This document shows positions 9,813 through 23,979 of a DNA stretch of 64,000 nt, one piece after another. A program made the position numbers and the translations under genes. Positions within the stretch are counted from its first letter, which is position 1, and each line of letters starts with the position of its first letter. Source of the DNA: an uncultured Chloroflexia bacterium (GTDB taxonomy: Bacteria > Chloroflexota > Dehalococcoidia > DSTF01 > JALHUB01); assembly GCA_963726245.1 (NCBI GenBank), contig CAVSBT010000016.1, positions 32,001 through 96,000 of the forward strand, read 5' to 3'. A model generated the notes under the pieces. That model saw only the letters and a program-made list of their open reading frames with translations, made no database searches and was not told where the DNA came from.

Positions 9813-10772
9813 TCGGATGGGATGACTTCCTGATCTCCGACCCTATCGACTGGTTGCTCGAAGAGGATAACCCGTCGGTCCGCTACCTGACGCTGCGCAC
9901 GCTCTTAGAACTGCCGGAGGACGATCCACAGGTTACGACAGCGAGGCGGGCCATCATGCAGTCGGGTCCCGTGCCGGTGATCCTCGCCGCCCAGCACAAG
10001 GACGGCTACTGGGTGAAACCAGGCGCGGGCTATTCGCCCAAGTACCGGAGTACCGTCTGGCAGATCATCTTCCTGGCCGACCTCGAGGCCGACGGCGCCG
10101 ACTCGCGCGTGGCCAAGGGCTGTGAGTACCTCCTGAACAACAGTCGCACCAAGAGCGGGGCTTTCTCGGCGTCTCAAGTGCTCGTCCCCAGCGCCGCAAT
10201 CGACTGTCTCAACGGCAACCTGATCTACGCGCTCCAACGCCTCGGCTGGGGACAGGACGAGCGCGTCCACCTCGCACTACAACGGCTCTCTGAATCAGTC
10301 TTGACCCATGGCTTTGAGTGCGTTGGGAATGCGAAGCTGCCCTGTGCGTGGGGAGCGGTCAAAGCACTGCGGGCGTTGACGGCGGCGCCGCGGGAAGAGC
10401 GATCGGAAGGAAGTGTCGGCGGCTATCGAAAAGGCAGCGGAGTTCCTGCTCAGCCGCAACCTCGCCGTTGCCGACTACCCCTGCACCGTCAAGGTCAGCG
10501 CGAACTGGACAAAGTTCGGCTTCCCGCTGGGCTACCAGAGCAACGTCCTCGAGACGCTCCAGGCGCTCGCGGAGGCGGGTCGCGGCGCTGATCCGCAACT
10601 GACCCATGCCCTGAAGTTGACAGTCGCGAAGCAGGACAGCCTCGCACGCTGGAAGATGGAGTACAGCCTCAACGGCAAGATGTGGGCCGACATCGAGGCC
10701 AAGGGCAAGCCGAGCAAGTGGGTTACTCTGCAGGCGATCCAGATGATCAAGCGGGTCTTCGAGGGCTACTGA
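9809..10772 (+). CDS. prenyltransferase/squalene-cyclase-repeat-like alpha/alpha-barrel protein (frameshift about 10410)
   Basis: [52 protein letters not shown]. Confidence 0.7.
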
Positions 10773-10773
10773 G

Positions 10774-11658
10774 ATGCCTCAGGCAAGGGTCGCTGTCATC
10801 GGCGGCAGCGGCTTCTACGAGATGGAAGGCCTGACCGAACCGGAGGAGGTGCGCCGGAGCACGCCCTTCGGCGATCCGAGCGACAGCATCGTCCTCGGCA
10901 CGCTGGAAGGGGTGCGGGTGGCCTTTCTCCCCCGCCACGGCAGGGGGCACCGCATCCTGCCCACCGAGGTGCCGGCGCGGGCCAACATCTACGCCCTCAA
11001 GTCGCTTGGCGTGGAGTTCATCATCTCGATCAGCGCCGTGGGCAGCCTCCGCGAAGAGCTCCAGCCGCTGCACCTGGTCGTGCCCGACCAGCTCATCGAC
11101 CGCACCAGGGCGCGGCCCAGCACCTTCTTCGGCGACGGGCTGGTGGCTCACGTCGCTATGGCCGAGCCCTTCTGCCCCGTCCTCAGCGACATCGTGCACG
11201 ATAGCGCCCGCGATGCCGGCGCCACCGTCCATCGCGGCGGCACCTGCGTGGTCATCGAGGGGCCCGCCTTCTCGACGCGGGCCGAGTCGCACCTCTACCG
11301 CTCCTGGGGGGCCGACCTCATCGGCATGACGGCTCTGCCGGAGGCGAAGCTGGCCCGCGAGGCCGAGATCTGCTACGTCACGCTCGCCTCCGTCACCGAC
11401 TACGATAGCTGGTACGAGGCCCACGCCGAGGTGTCGGCGGAGATGATCCTGGACAACCTGAGCCGGAACGCCGCCACCTGCCGGCGTGTCGTGGCGAGCG
11501 CGCTGCGGCGGCTTCCCGAGGCCCGCCGCTGCTCGTGCGCCTCCGCCCTCGACAACGCGCTGGTCACCCCGTTCGACCTGGTGCCTGACCGGACGAAGGG
11601 TGCCTTGGCGCCCATCATCGGCCGCTTCCTATCGGGTGCCGGCGGAGGCTCACCGTGA
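10774..11658 (+). CDS. mtnP: S-methyl-5'-thioadenosine phosphorylase
   Basis: IGGSGFY, TPFGDPS, RHGRGH, EGPAFSTRAES, GMTALPEAKLAREAE, VTDYD. Confidence 0.95.
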   Translation: MPQARVAVIGGSGFYEMEGLTEPEEVRRSTPFGDPSDSIVLGTLEGVRVAFLPRHGRGHRILPTEVPARANIYALKSLGVEFIISISAVGSLREELQPLHLVVPDQLIDRTRARPSTFFGDGLVAHVAMAEPFCPVLSDIVHDSARDAGATVHRGGTCVVIEGPAFSTRAESHLYRSWGADLIGMTALPEAKLAREAEICYVTLASVTDYDSWYEAHAEVSAEMILDNLSRNAATCRRVVASALRRLPEARRCSCASALDNALVTPFDLVPDRTKGALAPIIGRFLSGAGGGSP

Positions 11659-12596
11659 GGGACGCGAACGTGACGAGAGAGCTGGCCCGAACCGAGGCCC
11701 TGTCCCAGACGGCGGAGACCTACACCGTCCGCCGCCTGACGGACCGTGAGACCATCCGCCGCCTCTTGGAGCCGCACCCGGCGTATGCCGCCTATGCCCT
11801 GGGCCAACTGGAGCCGCGTCTCTTCCCCCTCTCCAGGTGGTGGCTGGCCGAAGGCGACGGCCGGAATACCCAGTCGGGCGGCCGGGCCCTGCTTCTTCAC
11901 TCCCGAGGCGGCCTGGGCAACGCCCTCTTCGCGCTGGGAGAGGCCGCGCCGTTGGCAGCCCTCCTCAGCCTGCACCCGGGACCGCGTCGCGCCTTCGCCA
12001 CCTGCCAAGCGGAGCACTTAGGGATCCTGCGCCGCTTCTTCGACCTGTCCCAGGAGCATCTCCTGCTGCGTATGAAGGTGACGGCTGACGCCTTTCGGCC
12101 TCTCGAGGGCGAGACGCGACTCTTGCGCGGTCGTGACGCCCGCATAGTAAACCGGCTCTACAACGCCGAGGGCGCCGTCGCCTCCTACACGGCCCGTCAG
12201 ATCGAAGACGGCGTGTACTTCGGGGTCAACGTCGGCGAGCGGCTGGTCGCTGTGGCGGGCACGCACGCCGTCTCGCCCACGCACGGCGTCGCCGTGGTGG
12301 GAAACGTCTACACGCACCCCCGATACCGCGGCCGCGGCCTGGGCGCCCTGGTGACCAGCGCCGTGACGGCGGCCGTCATCGAGGCCTGCCCGCTGGTCGT
12401 GCTGAGCGTGGACCCGCGCAACCGGGCCGCCGCGCGCGCCTACCAGCGCCTGGGCTACCAGGGCGACTGCCGTCTCATCGAAGCGGCGGCCACCCGCAAG
12501 GACAGGTTAGGGCTGAGGAGCCTGGTGCGTAGGCTGGTCGCCGTCCACCGTGGCGGACGCGGAAGAGGCGCGGGCGGCGCCCTGATTCGTCTCTAA
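11655..12596 (+). CDS. GNAT (FR47-like) acetyltransferase
   Basis: VGNVYTHPRYRGRGLG, NRAAARAYQRLGY. Confidence 0.85.
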   Translation: MRDANVTRELARTEALSQTAETYTVRRLTDRETIRRLLEPHPAYAAYALGQLEPRLFPLSRWWLAEGDGRNTQSGGRALLLHSRGGLGNALFALGEAAPLAALLSLHPGPRRAFATCQAEHLGILRRFFDLSQEHLLLRMKVTADAFRPLEGETRLLRGRDARIVNRLYNAEGAVASYTARQIEDGVYFGVNVGERLVAVAGTHAVSPTHGVAVVGNVYTHPRYRGRGLGALVTSAVTAAVIEACPLVVLSVDPRNRAAARAYQRLGYQGDCRLIEAAATRKDRLGLRSLVRRLVAVHRGGRGRGAGGALIRL

Positions 12597-12607
12597 AGGA
12601 GCAGACA

Positions 12608-15548
<2,941 letters not shown>

Positions 15549-15590
15549 AACCGAAGACGGGGTTGGGCCGCCGCAGGCTGCGGCGCGAAG

Positions 15591-16353
15591 TTGGCGAAGG
15601 GGGACGGCCCAGTGAGTCTGGAGGCCCTCAACCACGTGCACGACTTTGGCACTGGCGAAATGCGGCCTCAGGTGTTCACGTGTAGGGCTGACGATGGATT
15701 TGTCGGACAGGTGGGTGCTGAAGCTGATGGGGCGCTCCGACATCGAACTTGCCGCTGATTGGATCGGATCACTGCTCGCTCAGCGCCTGGCGGTGCCCTG
15801 CGTCAAGGTGGATATCGCCAGCATGAGCGCAGAAGCGCTCCAGAGCGCGCCGAGCGACATCCGAGCCTGGGCGGCAGCCGGACCAGCTTTTGCGTCCGAA
15901 GAGCTCCTCAATTGTACACCGCCCACTTCGGACACCGCGGTGGCCAGCGCGAGCAACCGCCAGGAGCTTGGCAAGCTATACGCTCTAGACGCATGGTTAG
16001 AGGTTCTGGACCGGAGGAAACCCGATGGCACCTGGAATCTGTTGCTGGAAACTGAGTCCTGGCGGTTCTACGCCGTGGACTTCGGGAAGTGTCTGGCCCT
16101 ACCGCTCCTGGGGACCGCGGTACTTGATCCGGCTCCCTGCATTCCCAAGTACCCCGAGGTCGTGAGGCGGGCGGCAGATCGACAACTGGGCGTGATGACA
16201 TGTCAAGACATTGATGCTATCGATGACGGTGAACTAGACGAGATCGTGCGGTCAGTACCCCCGAAGTGGCTAACCGCGCCAAGGCGCCATGAGGTTGTGA
16301 AGTTCCTCATCGACCGCAAAGCTGTGGCAAGAGCCGCAGTTGACGAGATGTAG
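15591..16353 (+). CDS. HipA-like (HipA_2 type) Ser/Thr kinase (frameshift about 15699; start approximate)
   Basis: N-lobe GTGEMRPQVFTCRADDG then WVLKLMG; ADWIGSLLAQRLAVP; LDAWLEVLDR...NLL...AVDFG; IVRSVPPKWL. Confidence 0.75.
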
Positions 16354-16370
16354 AGAGGGGGCTAGTACGA

Positions 16371-17205
16371 ATGGTTACGTGCCATTATTCCGTCGTTAAG
16401 CTGGTCCCCGATCCGATCCGGGAAGAGTGCATCAATCTGGGTGTCATTGTGGTCTCGGAGGACCGGCGTGAGTCGCGTTGCGCGTTTCTCGGCCACTTTC
16501 GCACTCGCCTCAAGGCATTCGCGCCGGGCGTGAGCGCTGCTGGCGTCGACCGGATCATTGAATCCCTGAAGGAAAGATGTGGCGAGGCATACCAGCCACC
16601 GCTTGGAACAGAAGCGGAGGACGAGCACCTCTTCACGAGCGAGCACTTGTTCACCCTCTCCCGGGGCGATGCGCAACCAGCTTCAGTTCACGGGGCCGAA
16701 ACGGTACCAGGCCTCGTCGCTCCACGAAGCAACGGAGGAGTTGGCGCGACTCCTAGTGTGGCCGTCCGCCCGTGTGCAGCGCCCTCCTGAGGGGATGACA
16801 GTCCATGAGCTGCGTAGGCTAATACGTAACACCCTCAAGACTTGGGCCGTCGGGCCGCTGGGGCTAGCTGAAGGTGGAGTGGAACGAGGCAAAAAGGCCA
16901 GGCATTTCGCAGACTTCTGGATCACTGGCGGCGACCCTGTCGCCGCGTTCGTGGCGATTCCGGAAGATCCCGGGGAGCGCGACATTGCCTGGGCCAGAAG
17001 GGATTCCCTCCCGATCATCGCCGACGAGTTTCGAAGGAGCTACAGTTCATTTAGCGCTGTTGCCGTTCTGCCCGCGAACGGATCACAGCCCACTGAATTC
17101 GTGGAGGAGACACTCCAGTTCCTGGCGAGCTACGAGGGTGTGCTCGTGACTAGAGTGAACGATCTTGATCGCCTTCGCGAGGAAATCCTGCCGCACTTGA
17201 GTTGA
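16371..17205 (+). CDS. DUF3037-domain protein with C-terminal extension (frameshift about 16660)
   Basis: YSVVKLVPDPIREECINLGVIV...RLKAF, then NQLQFTGP; C-terminal part RGKKARHFADFWI. Confidence 0.75.
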
Positions 17206-17258
17206 TCGTGCAGATAGGTCACGTGTGAGTAAGCGTTTCGTCGGGTGTGTCATTTAGC

Positions 17259-17951
17259 ATGCACGCCTTAGTCCTCGCCGGCGGCAAGGGGGAGCGGCTG
17301 CGCCCCCTGACCAGCGACCGGCCCAAGCCGATGATCCTCCTGGCCGGCCGGCCTATCCTGGAGTACCAGCTCGAGTGGCTGCGCGGCGAAGGGGTCACCG
17401 ACGTAGTCCTCCTCTGCGGCTACCTGCACGAGGTGGTCGCCGCCCACTTCGGCGACGGCTCTCGCTGGGGGCTGCGCATCGCCTACTCGGTGGAGAGCGA
17501 GCCCCTGGGCCGGGGCGGCGCCTTCAAGAAGGGCTTCGAGCTGGTGCCGCCTGACGTGCCCTTCGTCATCGGCACCAACGGCGACAGCGTCACCGAGCAG
17601 GCGCTGGCGCCCCTGATCCGCAGCCACCGTCGCACGGGGGCCGTGGCCACTATCATGCTCACGCCCATGGTCAGCCCCTTCGGAATTGCCCGCACGGGCC
17701 GCGGCTCACGCATACGGGGCTTCGACGAGAAGCCGCGCCTGCCCTACTGGCTCAACGCCGGCGTCTACGTCCTCAGCCGCGAGTTCTTCAAGGATCTGCC
17801 CGATAGGGGCGACCACGAGACCACCCTCTTCCCCCGACTGGCCGAATGCGGCAAACTGTACGGACATAAGAGCCATGCCTACTGGAAGGGCATCGACACC
17901 CTGAAGGACCTGACCGAGGTGGAAGCCCATCTGAAGGATCGGACTGCGTGA
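17259..17951 (+). CDS. sugar-phosphate nucleotidyltransferase (mannose-1-P guanylyltransferase-like)
   Basis: LAGGKGERLRPLTSDRPKPM, EPLGRGG, NGD, EKP, NAGVY. Confidence 0.9.
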   Translation: MHALVLAGGKGERLRPLTSDRPKPMILLAGRPILEYQLEWLRGEGVTDVVLLCGYLHEVVAAHFGDGSRWGLRIAYSVESEPLGRGGAFKKGFELVPPDVPFVIGTNGDSVTEQALAPLIRSHRRTGAVATIMLTPMVSPFGIARTGRGSRIRGFDEKPRLPYWLNAGVYVLSREFFKDLPDRGDHETTLFPRLAECGKLYGHKSHAYWKGIDTLKDLTEVEAHLKDRTA

Positions 17952-17970
17952 AAGCCAGGGACGCGGCGCG

Positions 17971-19416
17971 GTGAACACACCCATCCACTTCGGTACCGAC
18001 GGCTGGCGCGGCGTCATCGCCGAGGACTTCACCTTCGACAACGTTCGAGCCTGCGCCCGCAGCGTCGCCCTCTACCAGCAGTCGCAGGGGCTGGCGGACC
18101 GCGGCCTGGTCGTCGGCTACGACACGCGCTTCGCCTCCGAGGACTTCGCCGCCGCCGTGGCGGAGGTGGTGGCCGCCGCCGGCATCAAGGTCTACCTCTG
18201 CGACCGGCCAGCGCCCACGCCGGTCGTCACCTACGCCATCCTCGAAAAGCATGCGGGCGGCGCCGTCGTCATCACCGCCAGCCACAACCCGGCCCGCTGG
18301 AACGGCTTCAAGTACCGGCCGGAGTACGCCGGCAGCGCGCCGCCGGAGGTCACCGCCGCCCTCGAGGCTCCCCTGCCCGACATCCTGGCTGCCGGCCAGC
18401 TCGACCGGCTGCCGCTGCCGGAGGCCGAGGCCCGCGGCCTCGTCGAGCGCTTCGACCCGCGGCCGGCCTACCTGGCCCACATCGCCGAACTGGTGGACCT
18501 GGGGCGGGTGCGCGCCGCAGGGCTGCGGGTGCGGGTGGACTCCATGTACGGCGCCGGCGCCGGCTACCTGGCGGACATTCTCTCCGGCGGACGCATCGAG
18601 GTGCGCGAGCTGCACGGCGAGCGCAACCCGGCCTTCCCCGGCATCGCCTCGCCGGAGCCCATCGCCCGCAACCTTGGTGAGCTGTCGGAGGCCGTGCGCA
18701 GCGACACGGCCCAGGTCGGCCTGGCCACCGACGGCGACGCCGACCGCCTGGGCGTTTTCGACGAAAAGGGACGCTTCTTGACCCAGCTCCAGGTCTTCGG
18801 CCTCCTCACCTACTACCTCCTGGAGGCGCGAGGCCTGCGCGGGCCTATCGTCAAGTCGATCACCACGACACACATGGTGCAGCGCCTGGGCGAGCTGTAC
18901 GGCGTGCCGGTCTACGAGACGCCGGTGGGCTTCAAGTTCCTCGGCCCGAAGATGATGGAGGTGGATGCCCTGATAGCCGGCGAGGAGAGCGGCGGCTACG
19001 CCGTGCGCGGCCACCTGCCGGAGCGCGACGGCGTCGTCTCAGGCCTGCTCTTCCTGGACTTCATGGTTCAGAGCGGGAAGCGCCCCTCGGCCCTGCTAGA
19101 GGAGCTCTACGCCAAGGTAGGACCTCACTACTACGATCGCCTGGACGTCCACCTGCGACCCGAGGAGCGCGACGAGGTCTGGCGGCGGATCAGCGAGAGC
19201 CGCCCCGAGCGCCTGGCCGGCCTCCGGGTCACCGGCCGCGATACCACTGACGGCTTCCGCTACCATCTGGAGGACGGCGGCTGGCTGCTCGTTCGCTTCT
19301 CAGGGACAGAGCCTCTCATGCGCATCTACACAGAGGTGCCGGCGCAGGAGCTCGTGCCCCGCGTCCTGGACGCCGGCCGCGAGCTGGCGGGCGTCCCGGC
19401 AGGGGAGGGCCGATGA
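17971..19416 (+). CDS. phosphoglucomutase/phosphomannomutase
   Basis: FGTDGWRG, ITASHNP, DGDADR, GEESGG, RFSGTEP. Confidence 0.95.
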   Translation: MNTPIHFGTDGWRGVIAEDFTFDNVRACARSVALYQQSQGLADRGLVVGYDTRFASEDFAAAVAEVVAAAGIKVYLCDRPAPTPVVTYAILEKHAGGAVVITASHNPARWNGFKYRPEYAGSAPPEVTAALEAPLPDILAAGQLDRLPLPEAEARGLVERFDPRPAYLAHIAELVDLGRVRAAGLRVRVDSMYGAGAGYLADILSGGRIEVRELHGERNPAFPGIASPEPIARNLGELSEAVRSDTAQVGLATDGDADRLGVFDEKGRFLTQLQVFGLLTYYLLEARGLRGPIVKSITTTHMVQRLGELYGVPVYETPVGFKFLGPKMMEVDALIAGEESGGYAVRGHLPERDGVVSGLLFLDFMVQSGKRPSALLEELYAKVGPHYYDRLDVHLRPEERDEVWRRISESRPERLAGLRVTGRDTTDGFRYHLEDGGWLLVRFSGTEPLMRIYTEVPAQELVPRVLDAGRELAGVPAGEGR

Positions 19417-20489
19417 CCGATCATCTGGACGACCCCCGGGTCTACGAGAGCCTGGACCCCGAGGGCCTGCTCGCCCGCATCCGCGAACTGCCGCATCAGT
19501 GCCGCGAGGCCTGGGAGCGGGCCCGCGCCTTCAAGCTGCCCTCGTCGTACTGGAACGTGGAGCGGGTGGTGGTGCTGGGCATGGGTGGCTCCGCCATCGC
19601 CGCCGACCTGCTGCGGTCCCTGGCGGCGCGTCGCAGCCGGAAGGCCGTCTTCGTCTGTCGCGGCTATGAGATACCCGGCCTGGTGGACGAAAACACCCTC
19701 GTGATAGCTTCGAGCTACAGCGGCGAGACGGAGGAGACGCTGGCCGCCTTCAGCCAGGCTCTGCGTGGCCCTGCCAAGAAGCTGGTGATCACCGCGGGGG
19801 GGCGCTTGGCCGCCCTCGCCCGCGAGTACGAGATCCCCGCCTTCTTTTTCGACTACCAGGGCGAGCCACGGGCGGCGCTGGGCTACAGTCTGATGCCGCT
19901 CCTGTCGGTCGCCGAGCAGGTGGGCGTGCTGCAGGGGATGGAGACGGAGGTGGCCGAGGCGGTGGCCCTCATGGGGGAGCTGGTCCAGGAGGTGGACTCC
20001 AGGGTGGCGGCCGAAACGAACCCGGCCAAGCACTTAGCGGGACGCCTTCAGACCAAGGTGACCATCGTTTACGGGGCCGAGAACCTGATCGAGGTCGCCC
20101 ACCGCTGGAAGACCCAGCTCAACGAGAACAGCAAGGTCTGGGCCTTCTACGAAGAGCTACCGGAGGCCAACCACAACGCGCTCGTCGGCTATCCGCTGCC
20201 GCGGGAGGCGATCGACCGCCTGCACGTGGTGCTCCTCTATCACACGATGCTGCACCCGCGCATCACTATCCGCTACGAAGCCACCAGGGAAGCGCTGGAC
20301 GCCAACGGCGTGGGGTACGACGTGGTGGAGGTGAAGGGGACCGCGCCGTTGAGCCAGATGCTGACGGGCATCCTCTACGGCGACTTCGTGAGCTACTACC
20401 TGGCGATACTGAACGCCGTCAGCCCCTCGCCCCTGGCCGCCATCAACGAGCTGAAACGCCGCCTGGCCGACACCCCCTGGCCGCAGTAG
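19413..20489 (+). CDS. bifunctional phosphoglucose/phosphomannose isomerase
   Basis: GMGGSAI, SYSGETEET, RWKTQLNENSK, PEANHN. Confidence 0.93.
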   Translation: MTDHLDDPRVYESLDPEGLLARIRELPHQCREAWERARAFKLPSSYWNVERVVVLGMGGSAIAADLLRSLAARRSRKAVFVCRGYEIPGLVDENTLVIASSYSGETEETLAAFSQALRGPAKKLVITAGGRLAALAREYEIPAFFFDYQGEPRAALGYSLMPLLSVAEQVGVLQGMETEVAEAVALMGELVQEVDSRVAAETNPAKHLAGRLQTKVTIVYGAENLIEVAHRWKTQLNENSKVWAFYEELPEANHNALVGYPLPREAIDRLHVVLLYHTMLHPRITIRYEATREALDANGVGYDVVEVKGTAPLSQMLTGILYGDFVSYYLAILNAVSPSPLAAINELKRRLADTPWPQ

Positions 20490-20507
20490 CGCGGCCACCC
20501 GCACGAC

Positions 20508-20535
20508 CGAAGGCCAGGCTTAAGCCTGGCCTTCG
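20508..20535. terminator. perfect 28-bp palindrome between convergent genes (likely bidirectional terminator)
   Basis: CGAAGGCCAGGCTTAAGCCTGGCCTTCG. Confidence 0.7.
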
Positions 20536-20562
20536 CATCTTTCCTCTGGTGGTCCGCGGCTT

Positions 20563-20955
20563 CTACCGCTTGGTGTACTGAGGGGCCTTACGAGCCCGCT
20601 TGAGGCCGTACTTCTTCCGTTCCTTCTCGCGGGGGTCGCGCGTGAGGAGGCCATTGCGGCGTAGGACAGGCTTCAGGTTCTCGTCGGCTGCTACCAGGGC
20701 GCGGGCGATGCCGTGGGAGATGGCACCCGCCCAGCCGCTGATACCGCCGCCCTCAACCTTGATCTGGGCGTTGAACTTCTCCTGGCTCTCCGTCACCGCC
20801 AGCGGTCGCAGTATGGCCTCCCGGTGCACGGGGCGCACGAAGAGCTCGTCCATGGGCTTGCCGTTGATGACGACGGCGCCTGTCCCCGGGTAGAGGCGCA
20901 CCCTCGCCACCGATCTCTTGCGTCGGCCGGTGCCGTAGTGATACTGCTGCTGCAA
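20563..20955 (-). CDS. rpsI: 30S ribosomal protein S9
   Basis: GTGRRKRSVARV, RDPREKERKKYGLKRARKAPQYTKR. Confidence 0.98.
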   Translation of the reverse strand: MQQQYHYGTGRRKRSVARVRLYPGTGAVVINGKPMDELFVRPVHREAILRPLAVTESQEKFNAQIKVEGGGISGWAGAISHGIARALVAADENLKPVLRRNGLLTRDPREKERKKYGLKRARKAPQYTKR

Positions 20956-20965
20956 GGCGCTTCTC

Positions 20966-21478
20966 CTAGGCCTCCGGGGCCTGCTCCGGGGTCTGCTCCG
21001 CCGCCGGCTCCACTACCTGCCCGTCCGGCCCGCCGTCGGCGGGGGCCTGCCGGCGCTTCTCGCTGGCCCTTACCTGAGACTCGTGGGGGTGATCAGGGCC
21101 AGCATACACCTTCAGGTGATGGTAGATGGCCCGGCCCAGGCGGTTATGGGGCAGCATGCCCTTCACCGCCCGTTCGATGACGCGGGTGGGACGGCGGGCC
21201 AGCAGCTTATCCAGGCTCTCCACCTTCAGGCCGCCCGGGTACCCTGAGTGGCGATAGTACATCTTCTGCTGTCGCTTGCGGCCGGTGACCCGTATCTTCG
21301 CCGCATTGACCACGACCACGCTGTCGCCCATGTCCAAGTGCGGCGCGTACGTTGGCTTGTGCTTGCCGCGCAGCAGGCTGGCCACCTCCGTGGCGAGGCG
21401 GCCCAGCGTCTGCCCTGCCGCGTCCACCACGTGCCAGTCGCGGGTGATCTCTCGAGCCTTTGGGCTATAGGTCTTCAT
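20966..21478 (-). CDS. rplM: 50S ribosomal protein L13
   Basis: [29 protein letters not shown]. Confidence 0.98.
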   Translation of the reverse strand: MKTYSPKAREITRDWHVVDAAGQTLGRLATEVASLLRGKHKPTYAPHLDMGDSVVVVNAAKIRVTGRKRQQKMYYRHSGYPGGLKVESLDKLLARRPTRVIERAVKGMLPHNRLGRAIYHHLKVYAGPDHPHESQVRASEKRRQAPADGGPDGQVVEPAAEQTPEQAPEA

Positions 21479-22284
21479 GTCACTGTCTCACAGGGCGGGC
21501 CTTCCCGCCCGCCTGGTGGGCTCAGGTCGAGCCCCGGATAGTTCACTCTCATCAGGCAGAGCCCTTGCGGCGGCGCCGCCGGTCCGGCGACCCCGGATTC
21601 CGGCTTGCGCAGCAGGGCCGCCAGCTCTGCCGCCGATTGCCGGCCCAACCCTACCTGCACCAGCGCCCCCACCGTACGCCGCACCTGGTGGGGGAGGAAG
21701 GCGTCAGCCTCCATGTACAGGACCAGCAGCCGCCCCCAGGCCTTCAGCTCGCACCGGTGCAGCGAGCGGACCGTGCTGCCGGCCACCGGGCCGGCGAAGG
21801 CGGCGAAGTCGTGCCGGCCCACCAGCAGCGCGGCCGCGTTTCGCATGGCCTCCAGGCCCAACTGCTCCGCCACCTGCCAGGTGAAGGCCCCGAGCAGGGG
21901 CGAGGGCAGCGGGCTGTTGAGAACCAGGTAGCGGTACTCGCGGCTGCGGGCCCGCCGCCGCACATCGAAGTCCAGGGGCATCTCTAGTGCCCGCTGGACC
22001 GCGATATCGGCAGGCAGCCAGTGGTTCAGCCCGCGGACAAAGACCTCCGGCTCATGGTGGGAGCCGGTCACGAACGAGGCCACCTGTCCCCGAGCGTGTA
22101 CCCCTGCGTCGGTGCGGCCGGCGAAGGCCACCCGCACTGACTCGCCTGTTAGCTTGTTAAGGGCTGCCTCCAGCTCGCCCTGGATGCTGGGGGCGTTCTT
22201 CTGATACTGTGAGCCGCTATAGCGGCGACCGTCGTACTCCAGGACCAGGGCCAGCCGTCGCGCTCCCGGCCCTTGCGAGGCCAC
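21475..22284 (-). CDS. truA: tRNA pseudouridine(38-40) synthase
   Basis: [34 protein letters not shown]. Confidence 0.96.
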   Translation of the reverse strand: MASQGPGARRLALVLEYDGRRYSGSQYQKNAPSIQGELEAALNKLTGESVRVAFAGRTDAGVHARGQVASFVTGSHHEPEVFVRGLNHWLPADIAVQRALEMPLDFDVRRRARSREYRYLVLNSPLPSPLLGAFTWQVAEQLGLEAMRNAAALLVGRHDFAAFAGPVAGSTVRSLHRCELKAWGRLLVLYMEADAFLPHQVRRTVGALVQVGLGRQSAAELAALLRKPESGVAGPAAPPQGLCLMRVNYPGLDLSPPGGREGPPCETVT

Positions 22285-22296
22285 GGCTCTGACCGG

Positions 22297-22647
22297 CTAC
22301 ACCAGCTCTAGCTGGGCCATAGCTGCCCCGTCGCCCTGGCGTGGGCCCAGCTTGACGATGCGCGTGTAGCCGCCGTGGCGGGTCGCGTATCGCGGCCCGA
22401 TCTCCTCGAAGACCTTCTTCACCACCTTGGGGTCGGTGACGAATCGATGCGCCCGCCGACGGGAGGGCAGGCTGCCCTCCTTCCCCAGGGTGATGATACG
22501 CTCCGCCATCCCCTGCACCTCCCTGGCCTTGGCCTCGGTGGTGCGGATCTTCTCATAGCGCAGGAGGTCCACCACCTGACCGCGCAGCAGGGCCAACCGC
22601 TGATCGGTGGGCCTGTTCAGCTTGCGTCCGGCAATACGGTGTCTCAT
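22297..22647 (-). CDS. rplQ: 50S ribosomal protein L17
   Basis: [24 protein letters not shown]. Confidence 0.97.
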   Translation of the reverse strand: MRHRIAGRKLNRPTDQRLALLRGQVVDLLRYEKIRTTEAKAREVQGMAERIITLGKEGSLPSRRRAHRFVTDPKVVKKVFEEIGPRYATRHGGYTRIVKLGPRQGDGAAMAQLELV

Positions 22648-22663
22648 CTCTGCGCAGGCCCGT

Positions 22664-23880
22664 TCAGGCTTGCTGGTCCTCCTCTTCAACTTCCTCGCCC
22701 GCGGGAGGGCTCTCTTTTTGGCCCGCCTTCCGCAGCGCCTGGGCGAGCTTGGCGCCCAGGCTGCCCAGCTCCTCCTCGACCTCGCCCGTCGGGGCCTCCG
22801 CCGTGCTCTCTACGGCGGCGTCGGCTCTGGCCTTGGGCTTCGCTTCCCGCTTGGGCCGCGCCGGCAAGACGATCTCCTCCGGCACCTCCTCGATGTCCTC
22901 CTCCGGCACCTCGAACTCGACCTCAATCTCCTCCATGGCGGCCTCGGACAGGAAGCCCATCTCGATGAGCTTGTCCTTCAGCTCCTCGTAGGACTTGCGG
23001 CCGAAGTTGCGCAGAGCCAGAAGCTCGTCCTCACTCTTCTCTAGCACCTGGCCCACAGTCATGAGTCCGCTGCGCTTGAGGCAGTTGTAGGCACGTACCG
23101 ATAGGTTGAGCTCTTCGATCGGCGTGTTGTAGCGGTCCGGTTCCAGGGCAGCGCCCGTGCCCAGGCCTCGCGCCACGACGGCAGCCTGAGGCTTGCCGAG
23201 CTGGCCAAAGAGAGCGAACTGGCCCAGAAGGATGTCGGCTGCCTGGCTCACTGCCTCGACGCCCGTGACGGTGCCGTCGGTCCAGACCTCGAGCACGAGG
23301 CGGTCGTAGTGGGTGACCTGCCCCACGCGGGTGCGCTCAACGGCGAAGTTCACTCTGCGGACCGGCGTGAAGATAGCGTCCACCGGTATGACGCCAATGG
23401 GCGTGCCGTCCGTCTGGCGTCCGGCAGGCACCCAGCCGCGGCCTCTCTCCACGTTGAACTCCACAGTCAGGTGAGCTTCCGCCGAGTCCAGGGTGGCCAG
23501 GTGCAGCTCTGGGTTGACGAATCTCGTAGTCGGCCGTCACCTGGATATCGCCCGCCAGGATCCTGCCCTCGCCGCGGCCTTCTAAGTAGAGCTTGGCCGG
23601 ACGATCGGAGAGAGCCCGGAGCCGGATCTCCTTGACGTTGAGTAGGAACTCGGTCGTGTCCTCCTTCATGTGCGGGATGGTGGAGAACTCGTGCTGCACC
23701 TCTTCGATGCGGACCGAGGTTACGGCCGCACCCGGCAGCGAGCTGAGGAGCACCCGGCGGAGGGCATTGCCCAGCGTGACGCCGAAGCCGGCTTCCACGG
23801 GCTCCGCCACCAGGCGTGCGTAGCCTTCGCCCTCCTCTTCCACCTCGATGTTGGGTGTCACCAGCTCTGAGAGAGCAAAC
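22664..23880 (-). CDS. rpoA: RNA polymerase alpha subunit (frameshift about 23521; start approximate) with acidic tail
   Basis: [48 protein letters not shown]. Confidence 0.96.
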
Positions 23881-23979
23881 GCCTCCCCAGGGCCGGCGCC
23901 CACCTCCCCGCTCGACCAGCCGGCCTCGACGCCTCCTCGACCGGAGGTCGAGAGTCCGCCACCACCCCAAAGTGGTTGC

